Of a DNA stretch of 42,207 bases, positions 23,541 through 34,378 are shown in pieces. The position numbers and the translations under genes are program-made. The stretch comes from Christensenellales bacterium. Lineage in GTDB: Bacteria > Bacillota > Clostridia > Christensenellales > UMGS416. The stretch covers positions 1 to 42,207 of the forward strand of contig JBMNNN010000001.1 of the NCBI GenBank assembly GCA_050942555.1, read 5' to 3'. The notes under the pieces are model-generated. The model did not search any database, was not told where the DNA came from, and saw nothing but the letters and a program-made list of their open reading frames with translations. Within the stretch, counting starts at the first letter, position 1. Every line of letters begins with the position of its first letter.

Positions 23541-24161
23541 ATGCCCACTGTGGCTGTATACAATGTGGAAGGCGCTCAGGTAGGAGAGATGACGCTGTGC
23601 GATGAGGTGTTCGGCGTAGAGATCAACGAAGCTGCGCTCCATCAGGTCGTCGTCGCGCAGCAGGCCAATGCGCGGCAGGGCACCCAGTCCGCGCTGACCC
23701 GCAGCGAGGTCAGCGGCGGCGGCCGCAAGCCCTGGCGTCAGAAGGGCACCGGCCGGGCCCGGCATGGATCCACCCGCGCGCCCCAGTGGCGGCACGGCGG
23801 CGTGGTGTTCGCGCCAAAGCCCCGCTCTTATCGCCAGCGCGTCAACCGGAAAGTGCGCCGTCTGGCCATGAAAAGCGCGCTGACCGCGAAGGTAAAAAGC
23901 GGTGAGCTGATCGTACTGGATTCGCTCAGCCTCTCTGAGGCCAAGACACGCGAGATGGCAAAGGTACTCAAAGCGCTTGACGCCAAATCTCCGCTCATCG
24001 TACTGGCTGAGCCCGACGAGACGATCCGCAGGGCCAGCTCGAACATACCCAGCCTGAGCACTACTTTGGTAGGCACACTCAACGTGCTCGACATACTGCG
24101 CAGTGGTTCCTTCATCGTGACGCGGGAAGCCGCGCAGCAAATCGAGGAGGTGTACGCCTGA
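23541..24161 (+). CDS. rplD: 50S ribosomal protein L4
   Basis: ...QGTQSALTRSEVSGGGRKPWRQKGTGRARHGSTRAPQWRHGGVVFAPKPR. AAAGGAGG SD. Confidence 0.97.
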   Translation: MPTVAVYNVEGAQVGEMTLCDEVFGVEINEAALHQVVVAQQANARQGTQSALTRSEVSGGGRKPWRQKGTGRARHGSTRAPQWRHGGVVFAPKPRSYRQRVNRKVRRLAMKSALTAKVKSGELIVLDSLSLSEAKTREMAKVLKALDAKSPLIVLAEPDETIRRASSNIPSLSTTLVGTLNVLDILRSGSFIVTREAAQQIEEVYA

Positions 24162-24457
24162 TGAAAACGCCATACGACGTCATACTCCGCCCGGTCATGA
24201 CCGAGCAGAGCTACGAGAACGCGGCAGACCGCAAGTACACCTTCATCGTCGCCAGGAACGCGAATAAGTTCGATATCAAATGGGCCGTCGAGACAATATT
24301 CGGCGTTAAGGTGATCGCTGTCAACACACTCATCCGCCGCGGAAAGAAAAAGCGTATGGGCCGCCACGAGGGCTACCGCGCCACCACGAAGCGCGCCATT
24401 GTCCGGGTTACGCCCGACAGCCCGCCCATCGAGTTCTTCGACAGCGCCATCCAGTAA
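24161..24457 (+). CDS. rplW: 50S ribosomal protein L23
   Basis: DVILRPVMTEQSYE...KYTFIVARNANKFDIKWAVETIFGVKV. Its ATG overlaps the rplD stop (TGATG). Confidence 0.97.
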   Translation: MKTPYDVILRPVMTEQSYENAADRKYTFIVARNANKFDIKWAVETIFGVKVIAVNTLIRRGKKKRMGRHEGYRATTKRAIVRVTPDSPPIEFFDSAIQ

Positions 24458-24475
24458 CGAGGGAGGTTCAGCACC

Positions 24476-25309
24476 ATGCCCATTAAAAAGCAAAAGCCGA
24501 CTTCTCCGGCGCGCCGGTTCATGACGGTGGTATCCTTCGAGGAGATCACGACGCGCACGCCCGAAAAGTCGCTGCTTACAGAGCTTAAATATAATGCCGG
24601 TCGCAACGCGCACGGACGCATCACCGTCCGCCACCGCGGCGGACAGGCGCGCCGCAAGTACCGGATCATCGACTTTAAGCGCTTGAAGGACGGCGTGCCG
24701 GCCAGGGTCGTCTCGATCGAGTACGATCCGAACCGCTCGGCACATATTGCGCTGCTTCACTATGCCGATGGCGAGAAGCGCTACATACTCGCGCCGCTGG
24801 GCCTGAAGGTCGGCGATACGGTCGCCAGCGGCGACGGCGTAGACATCATGCCCGGCAACGCGATGCCGCTCTCGGCGGTACCACTGGGCACTCTCGTTCA
24901 TAACATTGAGATGGTACCGGGAAAGGGCGGCCAGATGGCCCGCTCGGCCGGAACAGCCGCGCAGCTTATGGCCAAGGAGGGCAACATGGCCACGCTGCGT
25001 CTCCCTTCGGGAGAGATGCGCATGGTCCCCATTTCCTGCCGCGCCACGATCGGGCAGATCGGGAATATCGATTATGTAAACCAGTCGCTGGGAAAAGCCG
25101 GCCGCAAGCGCCATATGGGTTTCAGGCCCAGCGTTCGCGGCGTCGTAATGAACCCGGTGGATCACCCGCACGGCGGCGGCGAGGGCAAGTCGCCCATCGG
25201 CATGCCTTCCCCCATGACGCCATGGGGCAAGCCCACGCTTGGCTATAAGACGCGCAAGAAAAAGAACCCGAACGACAAGTATATCGTCAAGCGCAGGGAC
25301 AAGAAGTAA
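24476..25309 (+). CDS. rplB: 50S ribosomal protein L2
   Basis: [28 protein letters not shown]...[15 protein letters not shown]. Confidence 0.98.
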   Translation: MPIKKQKPTSPARRFMTVVSFEEITTRTPEKSLLTELKYNAGRNAHGRITVRHRGGQARRKYRIIDFKRLKDGVPARVVSIEYDPNRSAHIALLHYADGEKRYILAPLGLKVGDTVASGDGVDIMPGNAMPLSAVPLGTLVHNIEMVPGKGGQMARSAGTAAQLMAKEGNMATLRLPSGEMRMVPISCRATIGQIGNIDYVNQSLGKAGRKRHMGFRPSVRGVVMNPVDHPHGGGEGKSPIGMPSPMTPWGKPTLGYKTRKKKNPNDKYIVKRRDKK

Positions 25310-25323
25310 GGGAGGCATAAAGG

Positions 25324-25602
25324 ATGAGCAGATCCGTCAAAAAGGGACCCTTCGTACAGGAACGCCTGATGGCGCGCATCATGCAGATGAACGAGAAAAA
25401 CGAGAAGAAGGTCATCAGGACATGGTCCCGCGCGTCCACAATCTTCCCGGAGTTCGTGGGTCATACGATCGCCGTTCACGACGGACGCAAGCATGTGCCC
25501 GTCTACATCACCGAGGATATGGTTGGACACAAACTGGGTGAGTTTGCCCCCACCCGCACATTCCGCGGCCACGCCGGGGAAAAGTCCAGCTCTGTCAGGT
25601 AA
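25324..25602 (+). CDS. rpsS: 30S ribosomal protein S19
   Basis: [11 protein letters not shown]...[51 protein letters not shown]. Confidence 0.98.
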   Translation: MSRSVKKGPFVQERLMARIMQMNEKNEKKVIRTWSRASTIFPEFVGHTIAVHDGRKHVPVYITEDMVGHKLGEFAPTRTFRGHAGEKSSSVR

Positions 25603-25614
25603 GGAGGAAGCACG

Positions 25615-26004
25615 ATGGCAACCCGAGTAAAGCAGAAGGCCGCCGCGCGGCGTCAGGCCGCCGACAAACGGCCCCGCGCCGTGGCGCGCTATCAGCGCAT
25701 TTCCTCCATGAAAGCAAAGGCCGTTATCGATCTTATCCGCGGCAAGCGGGTCGATGAAGCGCTGGCAATACTGGCCAATACGGTCAAGGCCGCTTCGCCG
25801 ATCGTGGAAAAGACGTTAAGGTCGGCCATCGCCAATGCTGAGAACAACCTGGAAATGGATCGGGCGAATCTCTATATCGCAGAAATTTCCGCCAATCAGG
25901 GCCCGGCGCTCAAGCGCATGCGTGCCGGATCGCGCGGCATGGCGAAGCTGTACAAGCACAGAACCAGCCATATAACCGTAATCCTCGACCAGGTCAGCAA
26001 ATAA
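25615..26004 (+). CDS. rplV: 50S ribosomal protein L22
   Basis: AVARYQRISSMKAKAVIDLIRGKRVDEALAIL...GPALKRMRAGSRGMAKLYKHRTSHITVIL. Has a short basic N-terminal extension. Confidence 0.97.
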   Translation: MATRVKQKAAARRQAADKRPRAVARYQRISSMKAKAVIDLIRGKRVDEALAILANTVKAASPIVEKTLRSAIANAENNLEMDRANLYIAEISANQGPALKRMRAGSRGMAKLYKHRTSHITVILDQVSK

Positions 26005-26016
26005 AGGAGGAACACC

Positions 26017-26730
26017 ATGGGTCAAAAGGTTCACCCCAATGGAGCCCGCGTAGGAATCATTCGCGACTGGGACACCCGCTGGTTTGCCGCCAAGAAGGAT
26101 TTCGCCAAATTCCTCATAGAGGATAAGAAGGTCCGCGATTATCTCAAGGAGAAGCTCTATGCATCGGGCGTTTCCCGCGTGGAGATCGAGCGCGCCGGCG
26201 AAAAACTGACGGTGGGGATCCATACCGCCAAGCCCGGCATCATCATCGGCAAAGGCGGCGCAGGTGTGACGGCGCTCAAGAACGAAGTGGAAAAGCTGAC
26301 CGGTCGAACGGTCAACCTCAATATATACGAAGTGCGCAATCCCGATATCGACGCGCAGCTCATCGCCGAGAACATCGCCTCGCAGCTGGAGCGGAGGATC
26401 TCCTTCCGCCGCGCGATGAAGCAGGCTATCGGGCGGGCGATGAAGAACGGCGCAAAAGGGATAAAGACACAGGTTTCGGGCCGTCTGGGCGGGGCCGAGA
26501 TCGCGCGCAGCGAGGGCTACCACGAGGGGTCGATTCCGCTGCAGACCCTCAGGGCCAATATTGAGTACGGATTTGCGGAGGCCAAGACCACATACGGACG
26601 CATCGGCTGCAAGGTCTGGGTGTACCGCGGCGAGGTTCTTCCCGGCAGCGGGCTGCTGCGCGCCAGCGACCAGTCTGCCAACGAGCCGCCGCGCAGGTTC
26701 CAGCGTCGCCGCAGAGAAGGAGGCAGATAG
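26017..26730 (+). CDS. rpsC: 30S ribosomal protein S3
   Basis: [24 protein letters not shown]...[13 protein letters not shown]...[12 protein letters not shown]. Confidence 0.98.
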   Translation: MGQKVHPNGARVGIIRDWDTRWFAAKKDFAKFLIEDKKVRDYLKEKLYASGVSRVEIERAGEKLTVGIHTAKPGIIIGKGGAGVTALKNEVEKLTGRTVNLNIYEVRNPDIDAQLIAENIASQLERRISFRRAMKQAIGRAMKNGAKGIKTQVSGRLGGAEIARSEGYHEGSIPLQTLRANIEYGFAEAKTTYGRIGCKVWVYRGEVLPGSGLLRASDQSANEPPRRFQRRRREGGR

Positions 26731-26732
26731 CG

Positions 26733-27173
26733 ATGTTGATGCCAAAGCGCGTCAAGCATAGAAAGCAGATGCGCGGCCGCATGACCGGACGCGCGACCCG
26801 CGGGAATACCGTGACGTACGGCGAGTTCGGGCTTGTGGCCCTGGAGCCCGGCTGGATCACAAGCAACCAGATCGAGGCCGCCCGTATCGCGATGACCCGT
26901 CACATTCACCGCGGCGGCAAGGTCTGGACCAAGATCTTTCCGGATAAGCCGGTGACAAAAAAGCCCGCCGAGACCCGGATGGGCAAGGGCAAGGGCGCGC
27001 CCGAGTACTGGGTGGCCGTCGTCAAGCCCGACCGCGTCATGTTCGAAATCGGCGGCGTGGATGAGGAAGTGGCCCGCGAATCGCTCCGGCTGGCCGGGCA
27101 CAAACTCCCCGTCCGGACCAAAATCATTAAAAAGGACGCCGGGGATACGATGACAGGTGGTGATGGCACATGA
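26733..27173 (+). CDS. rplP: 50S ribosomal protein L16
   Basis: [25 protein letters not shown]...[20 protein letters not shown]. Confidence 0.98.
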   Translation: MLMPKRVKHRKQMRGRMTGRATRGNTVTYGEFGLVALEPGWITSNQIEAARIAMTRHIHRGGKVWTKIFPDKPVTKKPAETRMGKGKGAPEYWVAVVKPDRVMFEIGGVDEEVARESLRLAGHKLPVRTKIIKKDAGDTMTGGDGT

Positions 27174-27370
27174 AGGCTCAACAGTTGCGCGAACTCACCA
27201 CGCAGGAGCTCAACGAGAAGATCAGCGAGCTTAGGAGTGAGCTTTTCAACCTCCGCTTTCAGCAGGCCACGGGCCAGCTGAACAACCCCATGTCCATCCG
27301 CGAGTGCCGCAAAAACATCGCACGGATCAATACGATCCTCCGCGAGCGCGAGCTCGAGCGTGCCCAGTAA
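27170..27370 (+). CDS. rpmC: 50S ribosomal protein L29
   Basis: [44 protein letters not shown] overlap with the rplP stop. Confidence 0.96.
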   Translation: MKAQQLRELTTQELNEKISELRSELFNLRFQQATGQLNNPMSIRECRKNIARINTILRERELERAQ

Positions 27371-27383
27371 GGAGAATGCCGCA

Positions 27384-27647
27384 ATGAGTGAAGAGAAAAG
27401 AAACCTGCGCAAGGTGCGGATTGGCACCGTTGTTAGCGACAAAATGCAAAAAACGGTGGTCGTAGAAATCAAGGACAGGGTCAAGCATCCTTTGTATGGT
27501 AAGACCATCAACCAGACGAAGCGCGTAGCGGCCCACGATGAGCAGGACCAGTGCGGCATCGGAGACCGCGTCCGCCTGATGGAAACCCGGCCGCTGTCCA
27601 GAACAAAGCGGTGGCGCGTGGTGGAGATCATCGAGAAGGCCAAGTAA
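27384..27647 (+). CDS. rpsQ: 30S ribosomal protein S17
   Basis: [32 protein letters not shown]...[22 protein letters not shown]. Start reset from 27360 to the ATG at 27384 after AAGGAGA. Confidence 0.96.
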   Translation: MSEEKRNLRKVRIGTVVSDKMQKTVVVEIKDRVKHPLYGKTINQTKRVAAHDEQDQCGIGDRVRLMETRPLSRTKRWRVVEIIEKAK

Positions 27648-27677
27648 GGCCGGCTGCAGGATAGGAGGGTATCACCC

Positions 27678-28046
27678 ATGATTCAAGCGCAAACCCGCCT
27701 GAAAGTAGCCGACAATTCCGGCGCGAAGGAGATCAGTTGCATCCGCGTGCTGGGCGGTTCGGTTCACTACACGGCAGGAATAGGCGACATCATCGTCGCC
27801 TCGGTGAAGACCGCTTCCCACGGCGGCGTCGTCAAGAAGGGCGATGTTGTCAAAGCCGTAGTGGTTCGCACACATAAGGAAACCCGTCGCCCCGACGGAT
27901 CCTATATCCGTTTCGACGACAACGCAGCCGTCATCGTCGACGACCAGAAGCAGCCCCGCGGGACCCGTATATTCGGGCCGGTAGGCCGCGAGCTGCGCGA
28001 GAAGAACTTCATGCGCATCGTGTCGCTGGCGCCCGAAGTGCTGTAA
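27678..28046 (+). CDS. rplN: 50S ribosomal protein L14
   Basis: [18 protein letters not shown]...RFDDNAAVI...[30 protein letters not shown]. Confidence 0.98.
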   Translation: MIQAQTRLKVADNSGAKEISCIRVLGGSVHYTAGIGDIIVASVKTASHGGVVKKGDVVKAVVVRTHKETRRPDGSYIRFDDNAAVIVDDQKQPRGTRIFGPVGRELREKNFMRIVSLAPEVL

Positions 28047-28062
28047 GGGAGGAGCGATCAGC

Positions 28063-28371
28063 ATGCATGTGAAGAAGAACGATATCGTCATGGTCATATC
28101 GGGCAAGGATGCCGGAAAGCGCGGCAAGGTGCTCATGGCGCTGCCCGCCGAGGGCAAGGTGGTCGTGGAGGGCGTCAACATGATCGTCCGCCATGTCAAG
28201 CCCCGCTCGGCGCAGCAGCAGGGCGGCCGCGTCACCCAGGAAGGCCCGCTGTACGCGTCAAAGGTCATGCTCGTATGCCCGAAGTGCCAGAAGCCCACCC
28301 GCGTCGCCCGCCGGATACTGGAAAGCGGCAAGACGCGCATGTGCAAGCGCTGCGGCGAAACGATTGACTAA
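28063..28371 (+). CDS. rplX: 50S ribosomal protein L24 (four-Cys variant)
   Basis: [24 protein letters not shown] (KOW motif). C-terminal half carries CPKC...CKRC. Confidence 0.97.
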   Translation: MHVKKNDIVMVISGKDAGKRGKVLMALPAEGKVVVEGVNMIVRHVKPRSAQQQGGRVTQEGPLYASKVMLVCPKCQKPTRVARRILESGKTRMCKRCGETID

Positions 28372-28395
28372 AGGCGCGAAGGGAGGAACGGTAAA

Positions 28396-28938
28396 ATGCC
28401 CAGATTGAAGGATAAGTACAAGCAGGAAGTCGTCCCCGCGCTGGTCAAGCGCTTCGGCTACAAGAACGAAATGCAGGCGCCGCGCCTGGAAAAGATCGTG
28501 CTCAACATGGGGCTGGGAGACGCGAAGGACAACGCGCGCGCGCTGGAAGCGGCCGTGGAGGATCTCTCGCTGATCGCCGGACAGAAAGCGGTGGTCACGA
28601 AGGCTCGCAAGTCGGTCGCGAACTTCAAGGTGCGCACCGGCATGAACGTCGGGGCCAAGGTCACGCTGCGCGGCGACCGCATGTACGAATATATGGATAA
28701 GCTTATCAGCATCGCGTTTCCGCGGGTGCGCGACTTCCGCGGCCTGTCGGTCAAGTCATTCGACGGGCGCGGCAACTACGCGATGGGCGTCAAGGAGCAG
28801 CTCATCTATCCGGAGATCCGCTACGATAAGGTGGAGGCCATTCGCGGAATGGACATTATATTCGTCACCACCGCAAAGACCGACGAGGAAGCCCGAGCGC
28901 TTCTGGACCTGCTGGGTATGCCCTTTGCCCGCGATTAA
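28396..28938 (+). CDS. rplE: 50S ribosomal protein L5
   Basis: [41 protein letters not shown]...[20 protein letters not shown]. Confidence 0.98.
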   Translation: MPRLKDKYKQEVVPALVKRFGYKNEMQAPRLEKIVLNMGLGDAKDNARALEAAVEDLSLIAGQKAVVTKARKSVANFKVRTGMNVGAKVTLRGDRMYEYMDKLISIAFPRVRDFRGLSVKSFDGRGNYAMGVKEQLIYPEIRYDKVEAIRGMDIIFVTTAKTDEEARALLDLLGMPFARD

Positions 28939-28956
28939 CGAGGAGGTACTAGGAAA

Positions 28957-29142
28957 GTGGCCAAAAAAAGCATGATCGCCAAACAGAAGAGAACACCGAA
29001 ATTCTCTACCCGGGCATATACACGGTGCCATATTTGCGGGCGCCCCCACGCCGTACTGCGCAAATACGGCGTATGCCGGATCTGCTTCCGGGTGTTGGCG
29101 TACCAAGGCCATATTCCCGGCGTGCGCAAAGCTAGCTGGTAG
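28957..29142 (+). CDS. rpsN: 30S ribosomal protein S14, type Z (zinc-binding)
   Basis: [61 protein letters not shown]. 61 aa with CxxC...CxxC. GTG start follows GAGGAGG. Confidence 0.96.
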   Translation: MAKKSMIAKQKRTPKFSTRAYTRCHICGRPHAVLRKYGVCRICFRVLAYQGHIPGVRKASW

Positions 29143-29165
29143 GCAACCTTAAGGGAGGTAGCACT

Positions 29166-29564
29166 ATGAATATTACGGATCCCATCGCCGACATGCTCAC
29201 GCGTATCCGCAATGGTCTGGTTGCAAGGAAGGATGTCGTCGAAGTTCCGGCTTCGAACATGAAGAAAGCAATCGCCGAGATACTGCTGGAAGAAGGGTAT
29301 GTAAAGGGCGTTAAATACATCAAGGATGACAAGCAGGGCGTGCTGCGCATTACGCTCAAGTATGGCCCCAACGGCGAGAAGGTCATCAAAGGCCTCAAGC
29401 GCATCAGCAAGCCCGGTCTGCGGGTACACGCAAAAAAGGATCAGGTGCCCAAGGTTCTGGGCGGGTTGGGCATCGCCATTATATCGACGTCCAAAGGGAT
29501 CATGACCGACAGGAACGCGCGTACGGCCGCCGTGGGCGGCGAAGTGCTGGCCTTCGTCTGGTAG
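29166..29564 (+). CDS. rpsH: 30S ribosomal protein S8
   Basis: [17 protein letters not shown]...[10 protein letters not shown]...[31 protein letters not shown]. Confidence 0.98.
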   Translation: MNITDPIADMLTRIRNGLVARKDVVEVPASNMKKAIAEILLEEGYVKGVKYIKDDKQGVLRITLKYGPNGEKVIKGLKRISKPGLRVHAKKDQVPKVLGGLGIAIISTSKGIMTDRNARTAAVGGEVLAFVW

Positions 29565-29598
29565 TCCCTGGGCGAACTGAACTGGAGGTGCAACCACG

Positions 29599-30141
29599 AT
29601 GTCCCGAATCGGCAAGCAAGCCGTGAGCGTACCTGACGGCGTGACCGTGACGGTTTCCCCGGAAAACGTCGTCACCGTCAAGGGCCCCAAAGGGCAGCTT
29701 TCACAGAAGATGGATCCTGCCATCACCCTCAGCCAGGAGGACGGGAAGCTGACGCTGAACCGGCGGAATGACAGCAAACAAAACCGCGCCTATCACGGGC
29801 TTTATCGCTCGCTGCTGGCCAATATGGTAACTGGCGTAACGGCGGGGTTCAAAAAGGAACTCATAATCGAAAGCGAGGAAGGCTTTCGCGCAGAGATGGC
29901 GGGCGGGAAGCTCGTGCTCAACGTCGGTTACTCGCATACGGTCGAGATCGAGCCGCCCGAGGGCATCACTTTCGAGACGCCCAAACGCACACAGATCATC
30001 GTATCGGGCATCGACCGCCAGCGTGTTGGGCAGGCAGCTGCCAACATACGCGCCGTGCGTCCGCCCGAGCCCTACAAGGGCAAGGGAATCCGCTACGTGG
30101 ACGAGCATGTGCGCCGCAAGGAAGGAAAGACCTCGTCTTAA
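29599..30141 (+). CDS. rplF: 50S ribosomal protein L6
   Basis: MSRIGKQAVSVPDGVTVTVSPENVVTVKGPKGQL...VGYSHTVEIEPPEGI...PEPYKGKGIRY. Confidence 0.98.
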   Translation: MSRIGKQAVSVPDGVTVTVSPENVVTVKGPKGQLSQKMDPAITLSQEDGKLTLNRRNDSKQNRAYHGLYRSLLANMVTGVTAGFKKELIIESEEGFRAEMAGGKLVLNVGYSHTVEIEPPEGITFETPKRTQIIVSGIDRQRVGQAAANIRAVRPPEPYKGKGIRYVDEHVRRKEGKTSS

Positions 30142-30171
30142 TAACAGCCGAGAGAAGGAGCGCTGGACAGC

Positions 30172-30540
30172 ATGATTCATCAGAAAGACAAAAACGCGAT
30201 GCGCCAGAAGCGCCATATGCGGGTGCGCAGCAAGCTGCACGGCACGCCCGAGCGGCCACGCCTGTGCGTATACCGTTCATCCAAGCATATTTATGCCCAG
30301 ATCATCGACGACGATTCGGCCGTGACGCTGGTTTCGGCGTCCACGGTGGAGCCGGCGCTGCGCGAGAAGGCACGGGAGCTGAAAAAGACCGATGCAGCCG
30401 CGATGGTGGGACAGGCGGCCGCACAGCGCGCGCTGGAAAAAGGCATCGCGTGCGTCGTGTTCGACCGCGGCGGCTACCTTTATCACGGGCGCATCGCGGC
30501 CCTCGCCAGGGGCGCGCGCGACGCTGGGCTTAAGCTATAA
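30172..30540 (+). CDS. rplR: 50S ribosomal protein L18
   Basis: [37 protein letters not shown]...[27 protein letters not shown]. Confidence 0.97.
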   Translation: MIHQKDKNAMRQKRHMRVRSKLHGTPERPRLCVYRSSKHIYAQIIDDDSAVTLVSASTVEPALREKARELKKTDAAAMVGQAAAQRALEKGIACVVFDRGGYLYHGRIAALARGARDAGLKL

Positions 30541-30554
30541 TGGGAGGAACAGGC

Positions 30555-31055
30555 ATGGAACATTTTGATCCGGCTACGGTGGATTTAAAGGAAAGACTGG
30601 TGGCCATCAACCGCGTGGCGAAGGTTGTTAAGGGCGGCCGGAACTTCCGCTTCACCGCGCTCATGGTGGTGGGCGACGAGAATGGCCATGTAGGCTTTGG
30701 CAGCGGGAAAGCGGCCGAGATTCCCGAAGCGATCCGCAAGGGCATCGAGGCCGCCAAGAAAAACATGATCTCGGTGGCCAGATTGGGCACCACCATTCCC
30801 CATGAGGTCTCAGGCCGCTTCGGAAGAGGACACGTGTTGCTTTTCCCCGCCGAGGAAGGCGCAGGCGTCATCGCGGGCGGACCGGTCCGCGCCGTGATGG
30901 AGCTGGCGGGAATCAAGGACGTCCGCACCAAGTCCTACGGCTCCAGCAATCCGGCCAACTGCATCAAGGCAGCGATAGAGGGTCTCAAGACGTTGCGCAC
31001 CGCCGAGGAAGTGGCCAGGCTGCGGGGCAAGACCGTAGAAGAGATATTAGGATAG
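30555..31055 (+). CDS. rpsE: 30S ribosomal protein S5
   Basis: [54 protein letters not shown] at 30555 follows GGGAGGAA. The ORF-track start at 30540 is an alternative. Confidence 0.96.
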   Translation: MEHFDPATVDLKERLVAINRVAKVVKGGRNFRFTALMVVGDENGHVGFGSGKAAEIPEAIRKGIEAAKKNMISVARLGTTIPHEVSGRFGRGHVLLFPAEEGAGVIAGGPVRAVMELAGIKDVRTKSYGSSNPANCIKAAIEGLKTLRTAEEVARLRGKTVEEILG

Positions 31056-31065
31056 GAGGAGCGGT

Positions 31066-31260
31066 ATGGCAACCGGGGCAAAGAAGCTGAAAATCACGCT
31101 CGTAAAGAGCACGATCTCCTGCCTGGATGACCAGATCGCCACCGTCCGGGCCCTGGGACTTAGAAAGATCCGCCAATCGGTCGTCAGGGACGACAGTCCT
31201 GCGATCCGGGGGATGGTCTTCAAAGTACGCCATCTCGTCGATGTCGAAGAGATCGGGTAG
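31066..31260 (+). CDS. rpmD: 50S ribosomal protein L30
   Basis: [34 protein letters not shown]. 64 aa in the canonical position after rpsE. Confidence 0.94.
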   Translation: MATGAKKLKITLVKSTISCLDDQIATVRALGLRKIRQSVVRDDSPAIRGMVFKVRHLVDVEEIG

Positions 31261-31278
31261 CGGGAAGGAGCAAGAGCC

Positions 31279-31716
31279 ATGAAACTCAATAATATTACCC
31301 CGCCGGCGGGCTCGTCGCGCAGCGCGAAGCGCATCGGCCGCGGCACCGGATCGGGCACCGGCAAGACCGCCGGCAAGGGCCATAAAGGCCAGAGGGCCCG
31401 CAGCGGCGGCACCCGTCCCGGGTTTGAAGGCGGCCAGATGCCGCTGTACCTGCGCCTGCCCAAGCGCGGTTTTACCAATCGGTTCAAAAAGGTGTTCGCG
31501 GAGGTGAACGTCGGCTCCCTCAACGCGTTTGAGGACGGCGTCGTCGTCAGCCCCGAGACCCTTATCGAAATGGGTATCATCCGCAAGGTTTGCGACGGCG
31601 TTAAGATACTGGGCGACGGCGAGCTTGGCAAGCGGCTTACCGTGAAGGCCCACCGCTTCAGTCAGTCAGCCAGGGAGAAAATCGAAGCTGCCGGCGGCAG
31701 CGTTGAGGTGATCTGA
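31279..31716 (+). CDS. rplO: 50S ribosomal protein L15
   Basis: [44 protein letters not shown]...[16 protein letters not shown]. Confidence 0.97.
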   Translation: MKLNNITPPAGSSRSAKRIGRGTGSGTGKTAGKGHKGQRARSGGTRPGFEGGQMPLYLRLPKRGFTNRFKKVFAEVNVGSLNAFEDGVVVSPETLIEMGIIRKVCDGVKILGDGELGKRLTVKAHRFSQSAREKIEAAGGSVEVI

Positions 31717-31718
31717 AG

Positions 31719-32978
31719 ATGCTGGAAGTCCTCCGCAACGCGTGGAAGATTCAGGAGCTGCGCAAAAAGATACTTTATACGCTGTTCATGCTGTTCGTAT
31801 TCCGGATCGGCTCGTTCGTGCCCATACCCGGGATCTCGCACGCGCACCTGAGCAGCGCCATCGCGGACAACAGTCTACTGTACCTGCTTGACATGTTCAA
31901 CGGCGGCGCACTGAGCAACTATACGCTGTTTGCGGCGGGGATCACGCCCTATATCACGGCGTCGATCGTATTCCAGCTGCTGACCATGGCGATACCGCGC
32001 CTGGAGGCGCTCCAAAAAGAGGGCGAGGAAGGCCGCAAGAAGATCGCGCAGTACACGCGGTACGCCGGAATCGCAATGGCGCTCATACAGTCAGTGGGCA
32101 TCCTGTTGACGCTGGGCCCCGCCGCGGTCACATCGACGGCCTGGTATAACTATGCGACGATCGGCATCGTGCTTTCGGCCGGTACCGCGATCTGCATGTG
32201 GATCGGCGAGAGGATCACCGAGCACGGCATCGGCAACGGAATATCGCTGCTCATCTTTATCAACATCGTCGCAAAGATGTCCAGCTCGATATTCCTCGGC
32301 ATAAAGGGCATCATCGATGACCCGAGCCTTGTGTGGGTTGCGCCGGTCACGCTCGTGGGATCGCTCCTCATCATCGTCGCCATCGTGTTTGTGGACATGG
32401 GCCAGCGCCGCATACCGGTGCAGTACGCCAAGCGCGTCGTGGGGCGCAAGCTCTACGGCGGGCAGTCGACCCATATCCCGCTCAAGGTCAATAACGCGGG
32501 CGTCATGCCCATCATCTTCGCGATGACGATCGTGTCGTTCCCGGGCATGCTCATCAGCATGTTCTTTAAAACGTCGCGCTTCGGCCAGGCGTATGCGCGG
32601 GTCATGGCCAACGGGAGCCTGCTGTACGGCATCATCACGGCGCTCTTTATAATATTATTTACGTACTTCTACAGCACGGTCTCGTTTAACCCGATCGAGA
32701 TCAGCAAGAGCATTCAGCAGAACGGCGGCTTTATTCCCGGCATCCGTCCCGGAAAGGCGACCAGCGACTACCTGGCCCGGATCAGCTCGCGCATCACGCT
32801 GTTCGCAGCGCTGTTCTTCGCGGCGCTGGCTACGATACCGATGATCATCACCGCCCGGACCGGCGCAAGTCCGCTGGGCGCGACATCGGTGCTGATACTG
32901 GTGGGCGTCGCGCTGGAAACGAGCAAACAGCTCGAGTCCCATCTGCTCATGCGCCACTACAAAGGGTTTCTTAAGTAG
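31719..32978 (+). CDS. secY: preprotein translocase subunit SecY
   Basis: 419-aa polytopic protein. LRKKILYTLFMLFVFRIGSFVPIPGI, LFAAGITPYITASIVFQLL, GIGNGISLLIF. Confidence 0.97.
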   Translation: MLEVLRNAWKIQELRKKILYTLFMLFVFRIGSFVPIPGISHAHLSSAIADNSLLYLLDMFNGGALSNYTLFAAGITPYITASIVFQLLTMAIPRLEALQKEGEEGRKKIAQYTRYAGIAMALIQSVGILLTLGPAAVTSTAWYNYATIGIVLSAGTAICMWIGERITEHGIGNGISLLIFINIVAKMSSSIFLGIKGIIDDPSLVWVAPVTLVGSLLIIVAIVFVDMGQRRIPVQYAKRVVGRKLYGGQSTHIPLKVNNAGVMPIIFAMTIVSFPGMLISMFFKTSRFGQAYARVMANGSLLYGIITALFIILFTYFYSTVSFNPIEISKSIQQNGGFIPGIRPGKATSDYLARISSRITLFAALFFAALATIPMIITARTGASPLGATSVLILVGVALETSKQLESHLLMRHYKGFLK

Positions 32979-32979
32979 T

Positions 32980-33615
32980 ATGAGCGGCATGAGGGTGATA
33001 CTGCTGGGTCCGCCGGGAGCGGGCAAGGGTACGCAGGCAGCGCGCATACGCGAGCGCTACGGGCTGCCCCACATATCGACCGGGGACATGCTGCGCTCCG
33101 CGATCCGCGCGAAAACCGGGATGGGACTGTCGGCAAAGGCCTATATCGACCGGGGCGAACTGGTTCCCGACGACGTCGTCATCGGGATCGTCCGGGAAAG
33201 GCTGGGGGAGGACGACTGCGCGAAAGGCTATCTGCTGGACGGGTTTCCCCGCACGGTGGAGCAGGCCCGGCAGCTTGAGCGGTTCGCCGCGCCCGATATC
33301 GCGATACTGATCGACGCGGACGCAGAGCTTCTTATCGGACGAATAACCAGCAGGAGAGTATGCCCGGCATGTGGCGGGATATTCACCGCGCGCGATACCC
33401 CGGAGGGCATGTGCCCGCAGTGTGGCGGGGCGGTCATACAGCGCGACGACGACACAGAGGCTACGGTGCGCAACAGGCTTGCCGTATACGAACGGCAGAC
33501 CCGGCCGCTCATCGACTACTACGCGGAGCGTGGGATACTGCGCCGGGTGCACAGCACGGGGAGCATCGAGGATACCTTTGGGAAAGTAAACGCGCTGCTG
33601 GAGCAGCTCAAATGA
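32980..33615 (+). CDS. adk: adenylate kinase (zinc-lid type)
   Basis: MRVILLGPPGAGKGTQA, GYLLDGFPRT, lid CPACG...CPQCG. Start is either 32980 (MSGMRV) or the ATG at 32989. Neither has a strong SD. Confidence 0.95.
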   Translation: MSGMRVILLGPPGAGKGTQAARIRERYGLPHISTGDMLRSAIRAKTGMGLSAKAYIDRGELVPDDVVIGIVRERLGEDDCAKGYLLDGFPRTVEQARQLERFAAPDIAILIDADAELLIGRITSRRVCPACGGIFTARDTPEGMCPQCGGAVIQRDDDTEATVRNRLAVYERQTRPLIDYYAERGILRRVHSTGSIEDTFGKVNALLEQLK

Positions 33616-34364
33616 TCATACTGCGCAGCGACCACGAGATCGATCGCATGGCTCTGGCAGGCAGGCTCGCCGCAGAGTGCATGCAGGAGATCGCGCCCAT
33701 GATACGGCCCGGCGTGACCACCGCCGAGCTCGACCGTGCGGCGAAACGGTTTATTATAGGCCGCGGCGGAAGGCCGTCGTTCCTCGGATACCGCAGCTAT
33801 CCGGCCAGCCTGTGCGCGTCGGTCAACGAGGAGGTCGTTCACGGCATCCCGGGACCGCGCAGGCTGCGCGCAGGCGACATCGTGGGCATCGACCTGGGCG
33901 TCATACTGGATGGCTATCAGGGCGACATGGCGCGCACATTCCCGGTGGGAGCGGCCAGCGACGAGGCGCAGGCGCTCATCGACGCGGCCCGCGATTCGTT
34001 CGAGGCGGCGCTGGCGGTGATGGTTCCCGGCAAGAGGCTGGGCGACATCGGCCACGCGGTGCAGACACTGGCCGAGTCCCGCGGCTACGGCGTGGTCAGG
34101 GAGCTGTGCGGGCACGGCATCGGCCGCGATATGCACGAGGATCCCGAGGTGCCCAATTACGGTGAGGCGGGCAGGGGGCTCCGGCTGCGGGCGGGGATGG
34201 TGCTGGCGGTGGAGCCCATGATCAATGCCGGCACATGGAAAGTGAAGTTCCTGGAAGACGGGTGGACCGTGGTCACCGGTGACGGCAGCCTGTCGGCACA
34301 CTGGGAGAATACGGTCGCGATCACGGCGGACGGACCGCGCATACTGACGGCGGTGGATTCATGA
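33612..34364 (+). CDS. map: type I methionine aminopeptidase
   Basis: MIILRSDHEIDRMALAGRLAAE...HGIPG...DIVGIDLG...YQGDMARTF...GHGIGRDMHEDP...LAVEPMI...HWENT. ATGA overlap with the adk stop. The ORF-track start at 33360 lies inside adk. Confidence 0.96.
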   Translation: MIILRSDHEIDRMALAGRLAAECMQEIAPMIRPGVTTAELDRAAKRFIIGRGGRPSFLGYRSYPASLCASVNEEVVHGIPGPRRLRAGDIVGIDLGVILDGYQGDMARTFPVGAASDEAQALIDAARDSFEAALAVMVPGKRLGDIGHAVQTLAESRGYGVVRELCGHGIGRDMHEDPEVPNYGEAGRGLRLRAGMVLAVEPMINAGTWKVKFLEDGWTVVTGDGSLSAHWENTVAITADGPRILTAVDS

Positions 34365-34378
34365 AAGGAGCGAGTGTC

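Noticed and set aside
23828-25318. 496-aa minus-strand ORF opposite rplD-rplW-rplB
   Set aside because: The opposite strand encodes unmistakable ribosomal proteins. The antisense translation is R/A/G/L-rich with no motifs or SD. The same reasoning applies to the other long antisense ORFs: 1645-2628, 3375-4301, 5556-6221, 6346-7389, 7538-8329, 8241-9590, 10568-11395, 12116-13111, 14521-15540, 15718-16893, 19712-20815, 21243-22037, 25816-26745, 35021-35938, 35437-36729, 36521-37339, 38148-38876 and 38540-39754.
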